Positions 46,514 through 55,515 are shown, counted from the first letter of the stretch. The stretch is DNA of 64,000 nt from a virus (IMGVR_UViG_3300030294_000003), one strand, 5' to 3'. The notes: a model not told the origin generated them from the sequence alone. A program made the numbers and translations.

Positions 46514-46738
46514 TTATTTACAAAGTTTATTAATAAAATATTCTGCTGAATTGTTTGCTATTATGAATTTATCTTTATCATCTAACACTTCTTTATCAGT
46601 TTTTTCTTTGTACCAACGTTCGTTATCAATATATGCCATTGCAATATTTACAACCCAACCAATTCTATAGCCTTCGTCGTTTTGAAGTGCTTCACATAAT
46701 ACACTTAATGCGTTTGAAATTTCATTTGATTCTTTCAT
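46514..46738 (-). CDS. Conserved hypothetical phage protein
   Basis: L..D.GYRIGWVVNIAMA motif. Confidence 0.65.
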   Translation of the reverse strand: MKESNEISNALSVLCEALQNDEGYRIGWVVNIAMAYIDNERWYKEKTDKEVLDDKDKFIIANNSAEYFINKLCK

Positions 46739-46747
46739 ATATTTTTT

Positions 46748-47125
46748 CTACCATACTTTTCGTTTAATATTTTTTAGGCTTTCATTTATTTTTAAAAAAT
46801 TATATTCATAACCACTACATTTATCACGTTCTGTGACAGTATCTAAGGAGAAATGTAGTGGTGTGTGTATTACTTCTTTATTAAAATTGAAATTAAGTCT
46901 TCTTATTTTTTCTATTTCAGATACCATCCAATATGCTTCTGAGTTTATCCCACATACATAGCTTTCGACATTCTTCATTGAATCAAGTGTATATTTTTCA
47001 ACGCAACCTGAGACATTTGTAATTGTAACTATGAATTCAACTTTACCAATACACTTACCTAAGATATTTTTTATAAAATTTTTCATATATTTAATCTTTC
47101 CTATCATAATATTCAAATACTTCAT
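46748..47125 (-). CDS. Hypothetical protein (true start probably MKNFIKN)
   Basis: ORF in operon; tracked 5' end overlaps upstream gene. Confidence 0.5.
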   Translation of the reverse strand: MKYLNIMIGKIKYMKNFIKNILGKCIGKVEFIVTITNVSGCVEKYTLDSMKNVESYVCGINSEAYWMVSEIEKIRRLNFNFNKEVIHTPLHFSLDTVTERDKCSGYEYNFLKINESLKNIKRKVW

Positions 47126-47768
47126 CTAATTGTTTTTGATCCTTAATATAATATCGATAATTATTTTTGTGCCAGGTTTTAATACCTGTTTCTTCAAATT
47201 CTTTTGAATCGTACCAATCTGATCCTTCAATATAAGGCTCTTCTGTCCAATCATCTGGTAATTGTTCTCGAATGACATCAACATAAAATGTTTTTGGAGT
47301 GAATGGAAATGATTTTATATTTTGAGAACTATGATATCCGCATACTCTACCTGTAAAAGTATCATCCCATTTTTCCGATTCTTCATCTCCAGGGTATTGC
47401 CCTCGCCAAACAATTGCATCAACATATGATGCCTGACCGTCCTTGCTATGTTTAAGAATACCACCACATCTCATATTTTGATATAATTCCTCTGAACCAC
47501 CAGCAATATCTGATACATCTCCCCATTCCTCATCGAGTCCACTGATTGGGCTAATTGGTTTAAATGATAATAGCTTTTTAATGGTTGATGCGATTGCTCC
47601 AGCTATATAAGGTGCCGATGCACCACTTTTACCACTATTCCCAAACTTTTCACATAAAGCTAATATCTCTGGTATAAAATTTTCCACTATTGGACGGTTA
47701 TCTGGGTCCAAATGTATTTTACTTAAAAGTTCCAATTCTGTTTTTGCGTGTCGTTGTGTATTTGTCAT
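47091..47768 (-). CDS. Conserved hypothetical phage protein
   Basis: HA..EL, SG.SA, P.SP..G..EEW, LYQN.R, F.PKTFY motifs. Confidence 0.75.
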   Translation of the reverse strand: MTNTQRHAKTELELLSKIHLDPDNRPIVENFIPEILALCEKFGNSGKSGASAPYIAGAIASTIKKLLSFKPISPISGLDEEWGDVSDIAGGSEELYQNMRCGGILKHSKDGQASYVDAIVWRGQYPGDEESEKWDDTFTGRVCGYHSSQNIKSFPFTPKTFYVDVIREQLPDDWTEEPYIEGSDWYDSKEFEETGIKTWHKNNYRYYIKDQKQLDEVFEYYDRKD

Positions 47769-47772
47769 ATTA

Positions 47773-48309
47773 TTAAATGTTATTTATTTTATTGTTAATC
47801 TTATCAATTTCTTCATTTGTCCAAGGCCTATTGTTTACTCCGTCTTCCGATATTGTTAAATAATCACCTTCTGACCTAAAAGCAACTTCTATTTTCCAGG
47901 GTTCGATTTCTGGTTCACATATCACCCATCCTCTATCGTTTATACCTATTGGTTTGGGCCCATCTTTCATTATTATCGAATCATCTGTAATTGGGTTTAA
48001 TTTAGATATATCAATCGGTTCTCGTTTTAGAATTGTATCTTTAAATAACTCATTTACTTTACAAATAGCATCCCCATCATACCATGATATAGTATTTGGT
48101 TGGTGTTCGAACCTTTTTGTTAAAAAATAATTATCGGATCTTGTTTCAACGATATATTTTTGATATAACACACTATTACCATAATTTCTGATAACATCAT
48201 TATTACAATAATAAATAATGTCTCTGAAATAATCTTCAGTAACCACTACATTACCTTTACCATCCTTGTAAATTTTTACATCCATATTTTTTATAATTTT
48301 ATTCCCCAA
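47773..48309 (-). CDS. Hypothetical protein
   Basis: 178-aa ORF. Confidence 0.6.
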   Translation of the reverse strand: MGNKIIKNMDVKIYKDGKGNVVVTEDYFRDIIYYCNNDVIRNYGNSVLYQKYIVETRSDNYFLTKRFEHQPNTISWYDGDAICKVNELFKDTILKREPIDISKLNPITDDSIIMKDGPKPIGINDRGWVICEPEIEPWKIEVAFRSEGDYLTISEDGVNNRPWTNEEIDKINNKINNI

Positions 48310-48532
48310 AGTCTTCTATTTTCCACCAACTTTCACTAATAATAAAATCAGCATCCCCACTCATCGCTTTACCAGTTTTAGTATCTACTACTAAGTAAAC
48401 CCAATTTTCAATAAAGTCTTCGCGTTTTAAATAATCAGTTTGAAATAAATCGAACCCATCGCTAATAATAAGATATCTTTTCATAATATATTTATAAGTT
48501 TTGGTAATGACTAATACAATTACAAGCCCCAT
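48299..48532 (-). CDS. Hypothetical protein (true start probably MKRYLII)
   Basis: Short ORF in operon. Confidence 0.5.
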   Translation of the reverse strand: MGLVIVLVITKTYKYIMKRYLIISDGFDLFQTDYLKREDFIENWVYLVVDTKTGKAMSGDADFIISESWWKIEDFGE

Positions 48533-48941
48533 TTAATAAATTATCAAATATAACTAAAACACACGGGAAAGGTGCTGGACTTTTGCTTTCGTTAAAGTTT
48601 AATCTACCTTTAATGAAACGAATTTCACTAGCATATTCTAAAACTAAATTATGCCAATATTTTGTATCGCTTCTACAAGGTATTAAATAAACACATGTGT
48701 TTGCCCTTCCAGCCTTTATTTCATCAATTCCTTTGATGATAAATGGTTCAATATTACTATATGGTGGGTTGATATAAATATTACCATTCCATTCAATTGT
48801 AAGACCATCAATTTCACTTTTAAGTGGGCACGGATCAAAATCGAAACTAAATTCTTTATTTAATTCTTTTAAAAATTTAATTGGTGTAGCATAATCATCA
48901 CTATTCCTTGTTCCTTGTATTTCCTTCGAAAATCTTATCAT
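48492..48941 (-). CDS. Phage DNA N6-adenine methyltransferase (phage Dam-like)
   Basis: DDYATP, FDFDPCP, YINPPYS, LIPCRSDT.YW, RFIKGRL.F. Confidence 0.88.
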   Translation of the reverse strand: MIRFSKEIQGTRNSDDYATPIKFLKELNKEFSFDFDPCPLKSEIDGLTIEWNGNIYINPPYSNIEPFIIKGIDEIKAGRANTCVYLIPCRSDTKYWHNLVLEYASEIRFIKGRLNFNESKSPAPFPCVLVIFDNLLNGACNCISHYQNL

Positions 48942-48948
48942 TATTTTT

Positions 48949-49599
48949 CTAATCTCTTTTTAATAAATTTAATATTTCTTTCCTTGTTCTCTTTTTTTTT
49001 CCTACTGGTTCTTCAAAGGTATTCAATTTAGACCTCTCAAAAATTTGTTTATCTACGATTGATTTTGAAACATCCGAATGCCCTTTACATATACTGGCAT
49101 TCTTTTTAAATTCAACTACCCTTTCATATTTCCCTTTAATTTGTCGGTAATTATAAACATAAAGGTCTATTTTATCGCAATATTTTTTTATCATTCTAAT
49201 AACCTTGCGCCTATCCCCGTTTCCATCAAACTCCTCACAACCTATCATAGTTGTTGCAACTCTTAATCCTTGGAACTCATTATTGGCTGTTTTAAGACAG
49301 TTTTCTAATGCATTGTAATCTATATAAACTGGTAATAGATCAGGTCTAAAATTATATCCAGAAGTAATAAAACATAATGAAAATAATGGGATGGTATTTT
49401 TTGTTGTAACTCTTTTCCCTAATTTATTTTTATCACCATATTTTGTTGATAAATTTAGATCGTAGACATATTTAAATTTTTTTCTGACCTTACCTTGAAA
49501 CCCATTGTTCATTGTACAGTAGGTATTCGTTCCTATAAGGATTACATCATACAATTCAACATCATCGATAAGGTCTTTATATTTAATGACTTTATACAT
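48949..49599 (-). CDS. Macro-domain-like protein
   Basis: DLI..YDVILIGTN.YCTM.NG, IDY.ALENCL, IGC...G; start MYKVIKY because a promoter overlaps the tracked 5' end. Confidence 0.7.
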   Translation of the reverse strand: MYKVIKYKDLIDDVELYDVILIGTNTYCTMNNGFQGKVRKKFKYVYDLNLSTKYGDKNKLGKRVTTKNTIPLFSLCFITSGYNFRPDLLPVYIDYNALENCLKTANNEFQGLRVATTMIGCEEFDGNGDRRKVIRMIKKYCDKIDLYVYNYRQIKGKYERVVEFKKNASICKGHSDVSKSIVDKQIFERSKLNTFEEPVGKKKRTRKEILNLLKRD

Positions 49600-49613
49600 T
49601 GCATTTAATTTAA

Positions 49614-49647
49614 ACAAATGTACCAATAAAATATGAGAAAAACAAGT
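49614..49647 (-). promoter_or_regulatory. Bacteroidota-type promoter
   Basis: Minus strand ACTTGTTTTTCTCA...GTACATTTGT. Confidence 0.82.
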
Positions 49648-49657
49648 TTTTATATAA

Positions 49658-49702
49658 AAAAATAACCCAAATCATAATATAAATTAGATTTGGGTTATTT
49701 TC
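49658..49702 (-). terminator. Intrinsic terminator
   Basis: 14-bp stem AAATAACCCAAATC/GATTTGGGTTATTT. Confidence 0.75.
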
Positions 49703-49717
49703 ATTTAAAGTTATTTT

Positions 49718-50071
49718 TTAAAATGGGAGATCATCTACTTCCGATGGTGCTTGTGTTGTGGTCTTTTGTGTTGTATCAGGCATTTCCTGAGATCCTCCTG
49801 TGTTATTAATTTTCCACACATTTAAACTATTATATGTCTTACCATTGTAGTCGTTTGTTTTTGCGTTATATAATACTTCAACAATAGCACCTACTGATAA
49901 AGTATCTACAATTTCTTGTTTATTTAATGCACTAAAAATAATTGAATTTGGGTGTTCACCCTCTGTTTCTTCTACTCTGATAGTTGTATTGGACCATTCC
50001 CCATTTTTACCAGTTCCTGATTGTGTAACACCAATTTCTGTAATTTTACCCGAAAAACTTAAATTTGCCAT
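49718..50071 (-). CDS. DUF3127-like OB-fold single-stranded DNA-binding protein
   Basis: GKI......G....GEW, YNGK.YNSL..WKI, acidic DDLPF tail. Confidence 0.8.
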   Translation of the reverse strand: MANLSFSGKITEIGVTQSGTGKNGEWSNTTIRVEETEGEHPNSIIFSALNKQEIVDTLSVGAIVEVLYNAKTNDYNGKTYNSLNVWKINNTGGSQEMPDTTQKTTTQAPSEVDDLPF

Positions 50072-50110
50072 TTTTTTACTTTTTTTTTAATTTATTAATA
50101 TTTATTATTT

Positions 50111-50260
50111 ATTTTAGAGTTTCTTCCACCATACTCTCACACTATTACCTCCCACATCTGGTGTTACTGATCCTAATTTTAGAGTATCTTCCACCAAATC
50201 GTTTTCCGACGACCTGTCTTCCAAGGTGTTACTGATCCTAATTTTAGAGTATCTTCCACC
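50111..50260. CRISPR. Cas-less CRISPR-like mini-array: 2 full + 1 partial 36-bp repeats, two 29-bp spacers
   Basis: GGTGTTACTGATCCTAATTTTAGAGTATCTTCCACC identical at 50160-50195 and 50225-50260; 20-bp remnant with 1 mismatch at 50111-50130; unique spacers 50131-50159 and 50196-50224. Confidence 0.65.
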
Positions 50261-50604
50261 CTGTCTTTTATAAAGGACTGAGTTTCATTATAATTAAGAC
50301 CGAAGTTACTTCCAAAAACTGACCAAATTTTATCATAATGAACATAGAAATACCTTTTTTCTTTATTTTCTGAATCCTGATATAATTCAAAAATAACTTC
50401 ATCATTTTTATTATCTTTATAAAATACAGAATTAGGATATTCAGGTTTAATAACAATTGATAAATCGATTAAAAAACAACGAAAGAAATCCTCCATTTCT
50501 TTATTCTTATCTATTTTGATAAAATCAATAATTATTTTATTATCATTATATTTAATTAATTTTTTATATTCATTTGGAATATTTATTTCTATTAAATTTT
50601 TCAT
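50179..50604 (-). CDS. Hypothetical protein whose C-terminus is encoded by the mini-array
   Basis: ...QSFIKDR-VEDTLKLGSVTP (repeat)-WKTGRRKTIW (spacer)-WKIL*. Confidence 0.75.
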   Translation of the reverse strand: MKNLIEINIPNEYKKLIKYNDNKIIIDFIKIDKNKEMEDFFRCFLIDLSIVIKPEYPNSVFYKDNKNDEVIFELYQDSENKEKRYFYVHYDKIWSVFGSNFGLNYNETQSFIKDRVEDTLKLGSVTPWKTGRRKTIWWKIL

Positions 50605-50613
50605 ATATTTATT

Positions 50614-50967
50614 TTATATTAATTCTATTAAATTAAAGTCCAGTAATTTCACAAGAAATACTTGACCTTCATCTTTCAATATGAATAATTTTACCATTGG
50701 TAGTTCTTTATTACTTTGTATTTTAACTTCAACTAAATTTTGTAAATCGTAGAACCTTTGCAATATATTATGGGTTCTATATTTTAATCCATTTTTTTCA
50801 TTCACTTCTAAATCAAAATATAAATACTCAAAATCAGAAATTGCAAATTTTCTTTTGAATATACCTTCCATTTCAGTTATATACCCATTATCATCCATAT
50901 AATTAAATATGGCGAATTTCATAGGTTTAAAACCCTTTTCTTTTATTTGTTTTATTAATTCTTGCAT
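50614..50967 (-). CDS. Hypothetical protein
   Basis: 117-aa ORF. Confidence 0.55.
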   Translation of the reverse strand: MQELIKQIKEKGFKPMKFAIFNYMDDNGYITEMEGIFKRKFAISDFEYLYFDLEVNEKNGLKYRTHNILQRFYDLQNLVEVKIQSNKELPMVKLFILKDEGQVFLVKLLDFNLIELI

Positions 50968-51257
50968 TTGAAAAGTTTCATTAATTTATTTTTAATTGAA
51001 TATATGTCGTTCGGGTGTGAATACACTTTTTTTCTATATACAGATAGAAAACTTGGAGTTACTGGTTGTCCGAACATCATTAAACTTAACCAAACTTTAC
51101 CCGTAAATAACACTTTTAAGCGTTCTATAAAAGACATTTTCCAACAAGAGATAACTTCACCACCATTTGAATGTAGTCTTAAAGCTGGGAGTGGTATATA
51201 TTCTGGTTGATCTTTTGCAAATGTAACATTACTGTCTTTGAAGTCTATTGGTTTCAT
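50955..51257 (-). CDS. Conserved hypothetical phage protein
   Basis: MKPIDF..SN..FAKDQPEYIPLPA...VISCW...F.ERL..LFTGK.WL. Confidence 0.75.
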   Translation of the reverse strand: MKPIDFKDSNVTFAKDQPEYIPLPALRLHSNGGEVISCWKMSFIERLKVLFTGKVWLSLMMFGQPVTPSFLSVYRKKVYSHPNDIYSIKNKLMKLFKCKN

Positions 51258-51424
51258 ATTTATTTAATTTGTTTTTAAATTGGGAAATAAATTAAAGTCA
51301 TTATAACGCTCAATATGGTATACCCAAATAAACCTAAAATTAGTGCTAGTTTACTATAAAATATAATGTCACTTCTATTTATTATTCTTAATTTTTCTAA
51401 AATCTTTTTATATAGTTTCATATT

Positions 51425-51646
51425 TTATTTTTCTATTTTTTCAACCTTTAACCAATTATATACTAATGTTTTATTTATAACTTCACTCGTCTCACTTTGA
51501 ACTGAGTAATATAAATGCTCCTTTGAAAAGTATATAATATTTGGGGAGTGAGTTAAAAATATCCTTTCACTTGTTCCATCTTCAAAAACTATATAATACC
51601 TATTGCGAATTATTTTAAAAACTAAACAAAAAATATACTCTATCAT
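51425..51646 (-). CDS. Hypothetical protein
   Basis: 73-aa ORF after promoter. Confidence 0.55.
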   Translation of the reverse strand: MIEYIFCLVFKIIRNRYYIVFEDGTSERIFLTHSPNIIYFSKEHLYYSVQSETSEVINKTLVYNWLKVEKIEK

Positions 51647-51658
51647 ATATCAATTTAA

Positions 51659-51692
51659 ACAAATGTACTAATAAAAAGTGAGAAAAACAAGT
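51659..51692 (-). promoter_or_regulatory. Bacteroidota-type promoter
   Basis: Minus strand ACTTGTTTTTCTCA...GTACATTTGT. Confidence 0.82.
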
Positions 51693-51753
51693 TTTTTTAA
51701 ATAAAAATATTCAAAAAATATAAAGTTGGTCGTATTTATATTAAAATAAAACT

Positions 51754-51837
51754 ATGGACATTATATTATTAATAAAAGAAGATTGCGGTTGCAAAAAACA
51801 AACTACTCAACCATCTAACCCACCAGTTAAGCAATAA
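51754..51837 (+). CDS. 27-aa micropeptide with CGC motif, not in ORF track
   Basis: MDIILLIKEDCGCKKQTTQPSNPPVKQ; TATTTATA at 51733-51740; stop abuts the convergent gene stop at 51838. Confidence 0.55.
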   Translation: MDIILLIKEDCGCKKQTTQPSNPPVKQ

Positions 51838-52884
51838 TTATTTGTTTATCGCATTTTGAGCCGCTTGTGAAATAATTATAGTTTCAACTTCACCTATAAA
51901 ATCATCTAAATCTTTTGAATTGGTATAGGACATTGCTGACTTTAAATAGTGGGTAAAATTATTTACCCATTGATTCATTGTGTATTCAACACGATAGGTT
52001 CTCTCTATACCCTCAGATGTCTTTAATTTCGCATTTCCAAGCTCTTTCTGGGCCTTTTTAGTGCTCATACCATAAAACACCTTATCGAACATATAACCTT
52101 CCTTAAATTCGTCTAAAATCGTGCTTGAATATTGATCAACTTTTGTGGTATTATCTGTATATATTGTTTCCCCAGCACTTTCAAGCATTTTATTAAAAAT
52201 AGATCCACACATAACATAATCTGCCCCCAGCGCCAAACATTTATTTATATCCGAATAACCTTTGATTCCCCCGTCTGCAACAATTCTTGCTGGATTTCTC
52301 AGCTTTAAAGATGCATCAAAACATTCTGAGATTAGACTCGCCATCGGATAGTGAATACCTGTGTTTGAGGAAGTTATACAACCAGCGCCGCCGCCAATTC
52401 CACAGCGAACATAATCCGCCCCAGCTTCGCTAAGTATAATATATGCCTCTGGGTTTGCAATATTACCTACCATAATAACTAAATTATCACCATAACTTAA
52501 TTTACCATTCCGAATTGATTCATGTAATTTAAACATATTACCATTCGCAACGTCGATTAATATAAAGTGTTTTATGTTATTATTAATCTCACCAAACTCA
52601 ACTATTTTATTGAATTCACTTAAAGAAAAAGCACACCAAGTTTCAGAACACATCTCCTTGCGAATTTGTAAATCAATATGTCTTGGTATAATTGGATTAA
52701 TTTTATTTTCTTGGAAAAGTTTATAATTATTTAAATCAACAACACTACTCATTGGGGCGGTAAAAAGAGGTAGCATACCATTCGATATATATGGATTACA
52801 TTCACTCCTACTATTAATATGTGAAACTTGCCCTTGAACAATTTCAATATCCATCAACCCGTACTTAACTTCTTTATTTAACAT
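51838..52884 (-). CDS. guaC: GMP reductase / IMP dehydrogenase family protein (no CBS domains)
   Basis: TAPMSSV, IDVANG, GIGGGAGCIT catalytic loop, VADGGI, ALGADYVMCGS, FYGMS; 348 aa. Confidence 0.8.
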   Translation of the reverse strand: MLNKEVKYGLMDIEIVQGQVSHINSRSECNPYISNGMLPLFTAPMSSVVDLNNYKLFQENKINPIIPRHIDLQIRKEMCSETWCAFSLSEFNKIVEFGEINNNIKHFILIDVANGNMFKLHESIRNGKLSYGDNLVIMVGNIANPEAYIILSEAGADYVRCGIGGGAGCITSSNTGIHYPMASLISECFDASLKLRNPARIVADGGIKGYSDINKCLALGADYVMCGSIFNKMLESAGETIYTDNTTKVDQYSSTILDEFKEGYMFDKVFYGMSTKKAQKELGNAKLKTSEGIERTYRVEYTMNQWVNNFTHYLKSAMSYTNSKDLDDFIGEVETIIISQAAQNAINK

Positions 52885-53465
52885 TATTTTTTAATAAAAT
52901 TCTTCTTGCGTTCAACATTTGCAAATTCGTTGGCAACCCTTAAAATTCTGGATAACATATTTCCGAACAGCTTAGTTTGTAAATCATCTTCTTTGTCAAT
53001 TGATAAAATAGCTTCAAATTCAGCTTTTTCTAATTCAATACCGTATTTTTGGCATAGGTAAACAGAATATTCACCAGTTTTTATGGCTGGTAATCCATCA
53101 GAGAATTTATAAAAATTTCCTCGCTTAACTTCCCATTCAACATCGTTTACTACAAATTCTTTTGTTTTTGCAATTTGATGTAAAAAACAAGTTTTCATTA
53201 ATGAATTATTTTCAATTCTATCTTCCTCTGATAATAGCGTTTCATTTATTTTTTTTGCGTAATCAGTGATTAATAAAATATGTTCAATTAAACCTCCGAT
53301 ATAAGCACCACCACTTTCTTCTTTTGTATGTGATGGTGCGATTTTTAATAAATTATCGAACTCATCATCTAATACCATTTTTTCGGTATATATACCGTAT
53401 TTCTTTAGCATTTTAATAAACCTAACGAAATTTACATTTATTTTTTCTTCTGTAATCTTATACAT
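52884..53465 (-). CDS. HD-domain-like protein (degenerate)
   Basis: GAY.GGLIEH, CFLHQIAK in place of HD. Confidence 0.65.
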   Translation of the reverse strand: MYKITEEKINVNFVRFIKMLKKYGIYTEKMVLDDEFDNLLKIAPSHTKEESGGAYIGGLIEHILLITDYAKKINETLLSEEDRIENNSLMKTCFLHQIAKTKEFVVNDVEWEVKRGNFYKFSDGLPAIKTGEYSVYLCQKYGIELEKAEFEAILSIDKEDDLQTKLFGNMLSRILRVANEFANVERKKNFIKK

Positions 53466-53617
53466 ATATTACTTTAATTAATTTATTTTATAAAAAAGGT
53501 TGGCTATCCATTTCACGTAACAGGAAATTAAGACATTTAGGTATTCTTCTTGTAGCATATTTCAGCCTTCACCACTATAGATAATTGTTTCCCCAGTACC
53601 AACCAGATTTTATTTAA

Positions 53618-53821
53618 TTATTTACTAATAAATTCGTAAATCTTCTTTGACGATTTGATTAAATGATCTACATCCATATTAAACCCAGCTGTAAATTTTA
53701 AGGCAAAATCAACAGATGAAATTTTTAATGATTGATCCTTTTCTTTTTTAATTCTGTTATTGAATTGTTCAGGCGTTTCAAGCAACCTACTATTTTCTAC
53801 TACTTTTTTCTTTCCGAACAT
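53618..53821 (-). CDS. Hypothetical protein
   Basis: 67-aa ORF. Confidence 0.6.
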   Translation of the reverse strand: MFGKKKVVENSRLLETPEQFNNRIKKEKDQSLKISSVDFALKFTAGFNMDVDHLIKSSKKIYEFISK

Positions 53822-53824
53822 AAT

Positions 53825-54271
53825 TTATTTCTCCTCTTCTTTTGGTACTTCATATTTATAAACATCTAAAATATTTGTTTCTACAATACCACAAACTTGA
53901 TAATCGGCCATTGATCCTTTCATTCCATCTGCAATTACATCCCAAGCATCTTTAACGTCGTTTGCTTGAGCCATCATAGTACAGGTAGTCCTCTTTTCAA
54001 CTCCTTTGATTTCATCTAAGCTTATAAAAGCAACCTTACAACGATACCATTTGTCTCCATTATCATTGAAGAACATTTCACTAATTTTTTCCCTTTTAAT
54101 CGCAGCCGTAAGAAATTCACCACTAATAAAAGGTTTTAATTCTTCTGTTACCCTAGCTTCCGCTTCTGTAAAAGATAGAGCATCAAATAAAAATTCATCA
54201 CACGTTTTTACAATCTTACCTTCTTCGGCTGTTTTTTCATACTTTACTTTTACATTAAACCAATTCAACAT
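53825..54271 (-). CDS. DUF4494-like protein (Bacteroidota family)
   Basis: WF.VKVKYEK, DALSFTEAEAR, DKWY.CKV.FI.LDE..G.EK. Confidence 0.85.
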   Translation of the reverse strand: MLNWFNVKVKYEKTAEEGKIVKTCDEFLFDALSFTEAEARVTEELKPFISGEFLTAAIKREKISEMFFNDNGDKWYRCKVAFISLDEIKGVEKRTTCTMMAQANDVKDAWDVIADGMKGSMADYQVCGIVETNILDVYKYEVPKEEEK

Positions 54272-54314
54272 TTTTTCTAAGTTTTAATTATTAATATTAC
54301 TTTTTAAATTCACA

Positions 54315-54348
54315 ACAAATGTACTAACTTTTTATGAGAAAAACAACT
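54315..54348 (-). promoter_or_regulatory. Bacteroidota-type promoter
   Basis: Minus strand GTTGTTTTTCTCA...GTACATTTGT. Confidence 0.8.
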
Positions 54349-54377
54349 CTTGATTGTTAAAGTTTTAATTATTTTCT

Positions 54378-55262
54378 CTAAGGTCTCGTACTGCTTCTCA
54401 TTATTTTTCTATTATCCCATCCTGTTTTTTCGGCTATTCTCTCAATTAAATTACCTGAAATAGCGTCCCTAACGAATCCTGACCAATATATTGATTTTAG
54501 TTTTAATGGTAATACATCCTTTTCTAATTCATTATATAACCTAATACAGTCTTCGTGGGTTTTACATATAACCATTTCGAAACTGTAATCTTCATTTTCA
54601 ATTATTAGTTTATTTTTATAAACCATTACCCGTTTCTGATGGTGATTAACCTTGTTAACACCGTTTAATAATATATCTTCTAATATATAATAAAAATTTT
54701 TTCTTTGGTGTCTGGGGTGGAAGCCGTGTACCCAATATGTTTCCTCAAAATAAAAATCTGATTTCTCGTAAATTAACCATTTTTCATTTGTCGCTATATT
54801 TGGGACGAATTGGCCAATTTCATTTCTGAGTAGTGTCTCTTTAGGATCGTCAGCATTTCTTCTCTGTAATAAAACTAATTCGTATTTTGCTTCATAAACA
54901 TTATGCTCCTTTATTATAACTTTTTTGGGTATTCTTATATCTTTCTTGTTTTCAATAAGAATCTTATTAAATTTCTGAATTGCATCATCTTTGCTTGGTG
55001 TATATAAAATATCAACTAAAACTTTTTTTTGACTTGTAACTATTATCCTCCAGTAGGGATTTATTTTTCTTTCTTGCTTTTTCTTTAATGCTTTTATTTC
55101 AGAATCCTTTTTCTTCTTATCTTTTCTATATTTCTTTCGATGAGAAGTAGCATCTTTTCTTCTTTGATTTCCACATTTTCTATAAGCCTCATCCGCAAGC
55201 CTTTTTCTTAATTTTGTATATTTATTTTCAATTGTATCGTTTTCTAATAAAATATTATTCAT
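54378..55262 (-). CDS. Basic hypothetical protein
   Basis: K/R-rich N-terminus, 294 aa. Confidence 0.7.
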   Translation of the reverse strand: MNNILLENDTIENKYTKLRKRLADEAYRKCGNQRRKDATSHRKKYRKDKKKKDSEIKALKKKQERKINPYWRIIVTSQKKVLVDILYTPSKDDAIQKFNKILIENKKDIRIPKKVIIKEHNVYEAKYELVLLQRRNADDPKETLLRNEIGQFVPNIATNEKWLIYEKSDFYFEETYWVHGFHPRHQRKNFYYILEDILLNGVNKVNHHQKRVMVYKNKLIIENEDYSFEMVICKTHEDCIRLYNELEKDVLPLKLKSIYWSGFVRDAISGNLIERIAEKTGWDNRKIMRSSTRP

Positions 55263-55515
55263 TTACATCTTTAATAAATTTAAACTTTAAATCAAGTATT
55301 GTAACTAATACCTCATCTCCTGGACTGAAATCGCTTGGTAATGCATCTTTATTATTTTTGAAAAAATAATCCTCATCTATTTGTCTTAAAAGCTCTTGCT
55401 CTAATTCAAATACAATTGTGATATTATCTTTCCTTACATCGTTTAACTCGTTGTGTAATGTAGATGCAATTTTTAATAATTGTTCATATGTAGGTATGTT
55501 AAATATTTTTCCCAT
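55255..55515 (-). CDS. Hypothetical protein
   Basis: 86-aa ORF. Confidence 0.65.
   Translation of the reverse strand: MGKIFNIPTYEQLLKIASTLHNELNDVRKDNITIVFELEQELLRQIDEDYFFKNNKDALPSDFSPGDEVLVTILDLKFKFIKDVNE

Noticed and set aside
50111-50260. DGR variable region as the explanation of the array
   Set aside because: No reverse transcriptase or template repeat in the window, and the two spacers match at only 10/29 positions with many non-adenine differences; not fully excluded because TR/RT could lie elsewhere.
50111-50260. Self-targeting protospacers in this window
   Set aside because: No second occurrence of either spacer was noticed by eye; needs a proper search.
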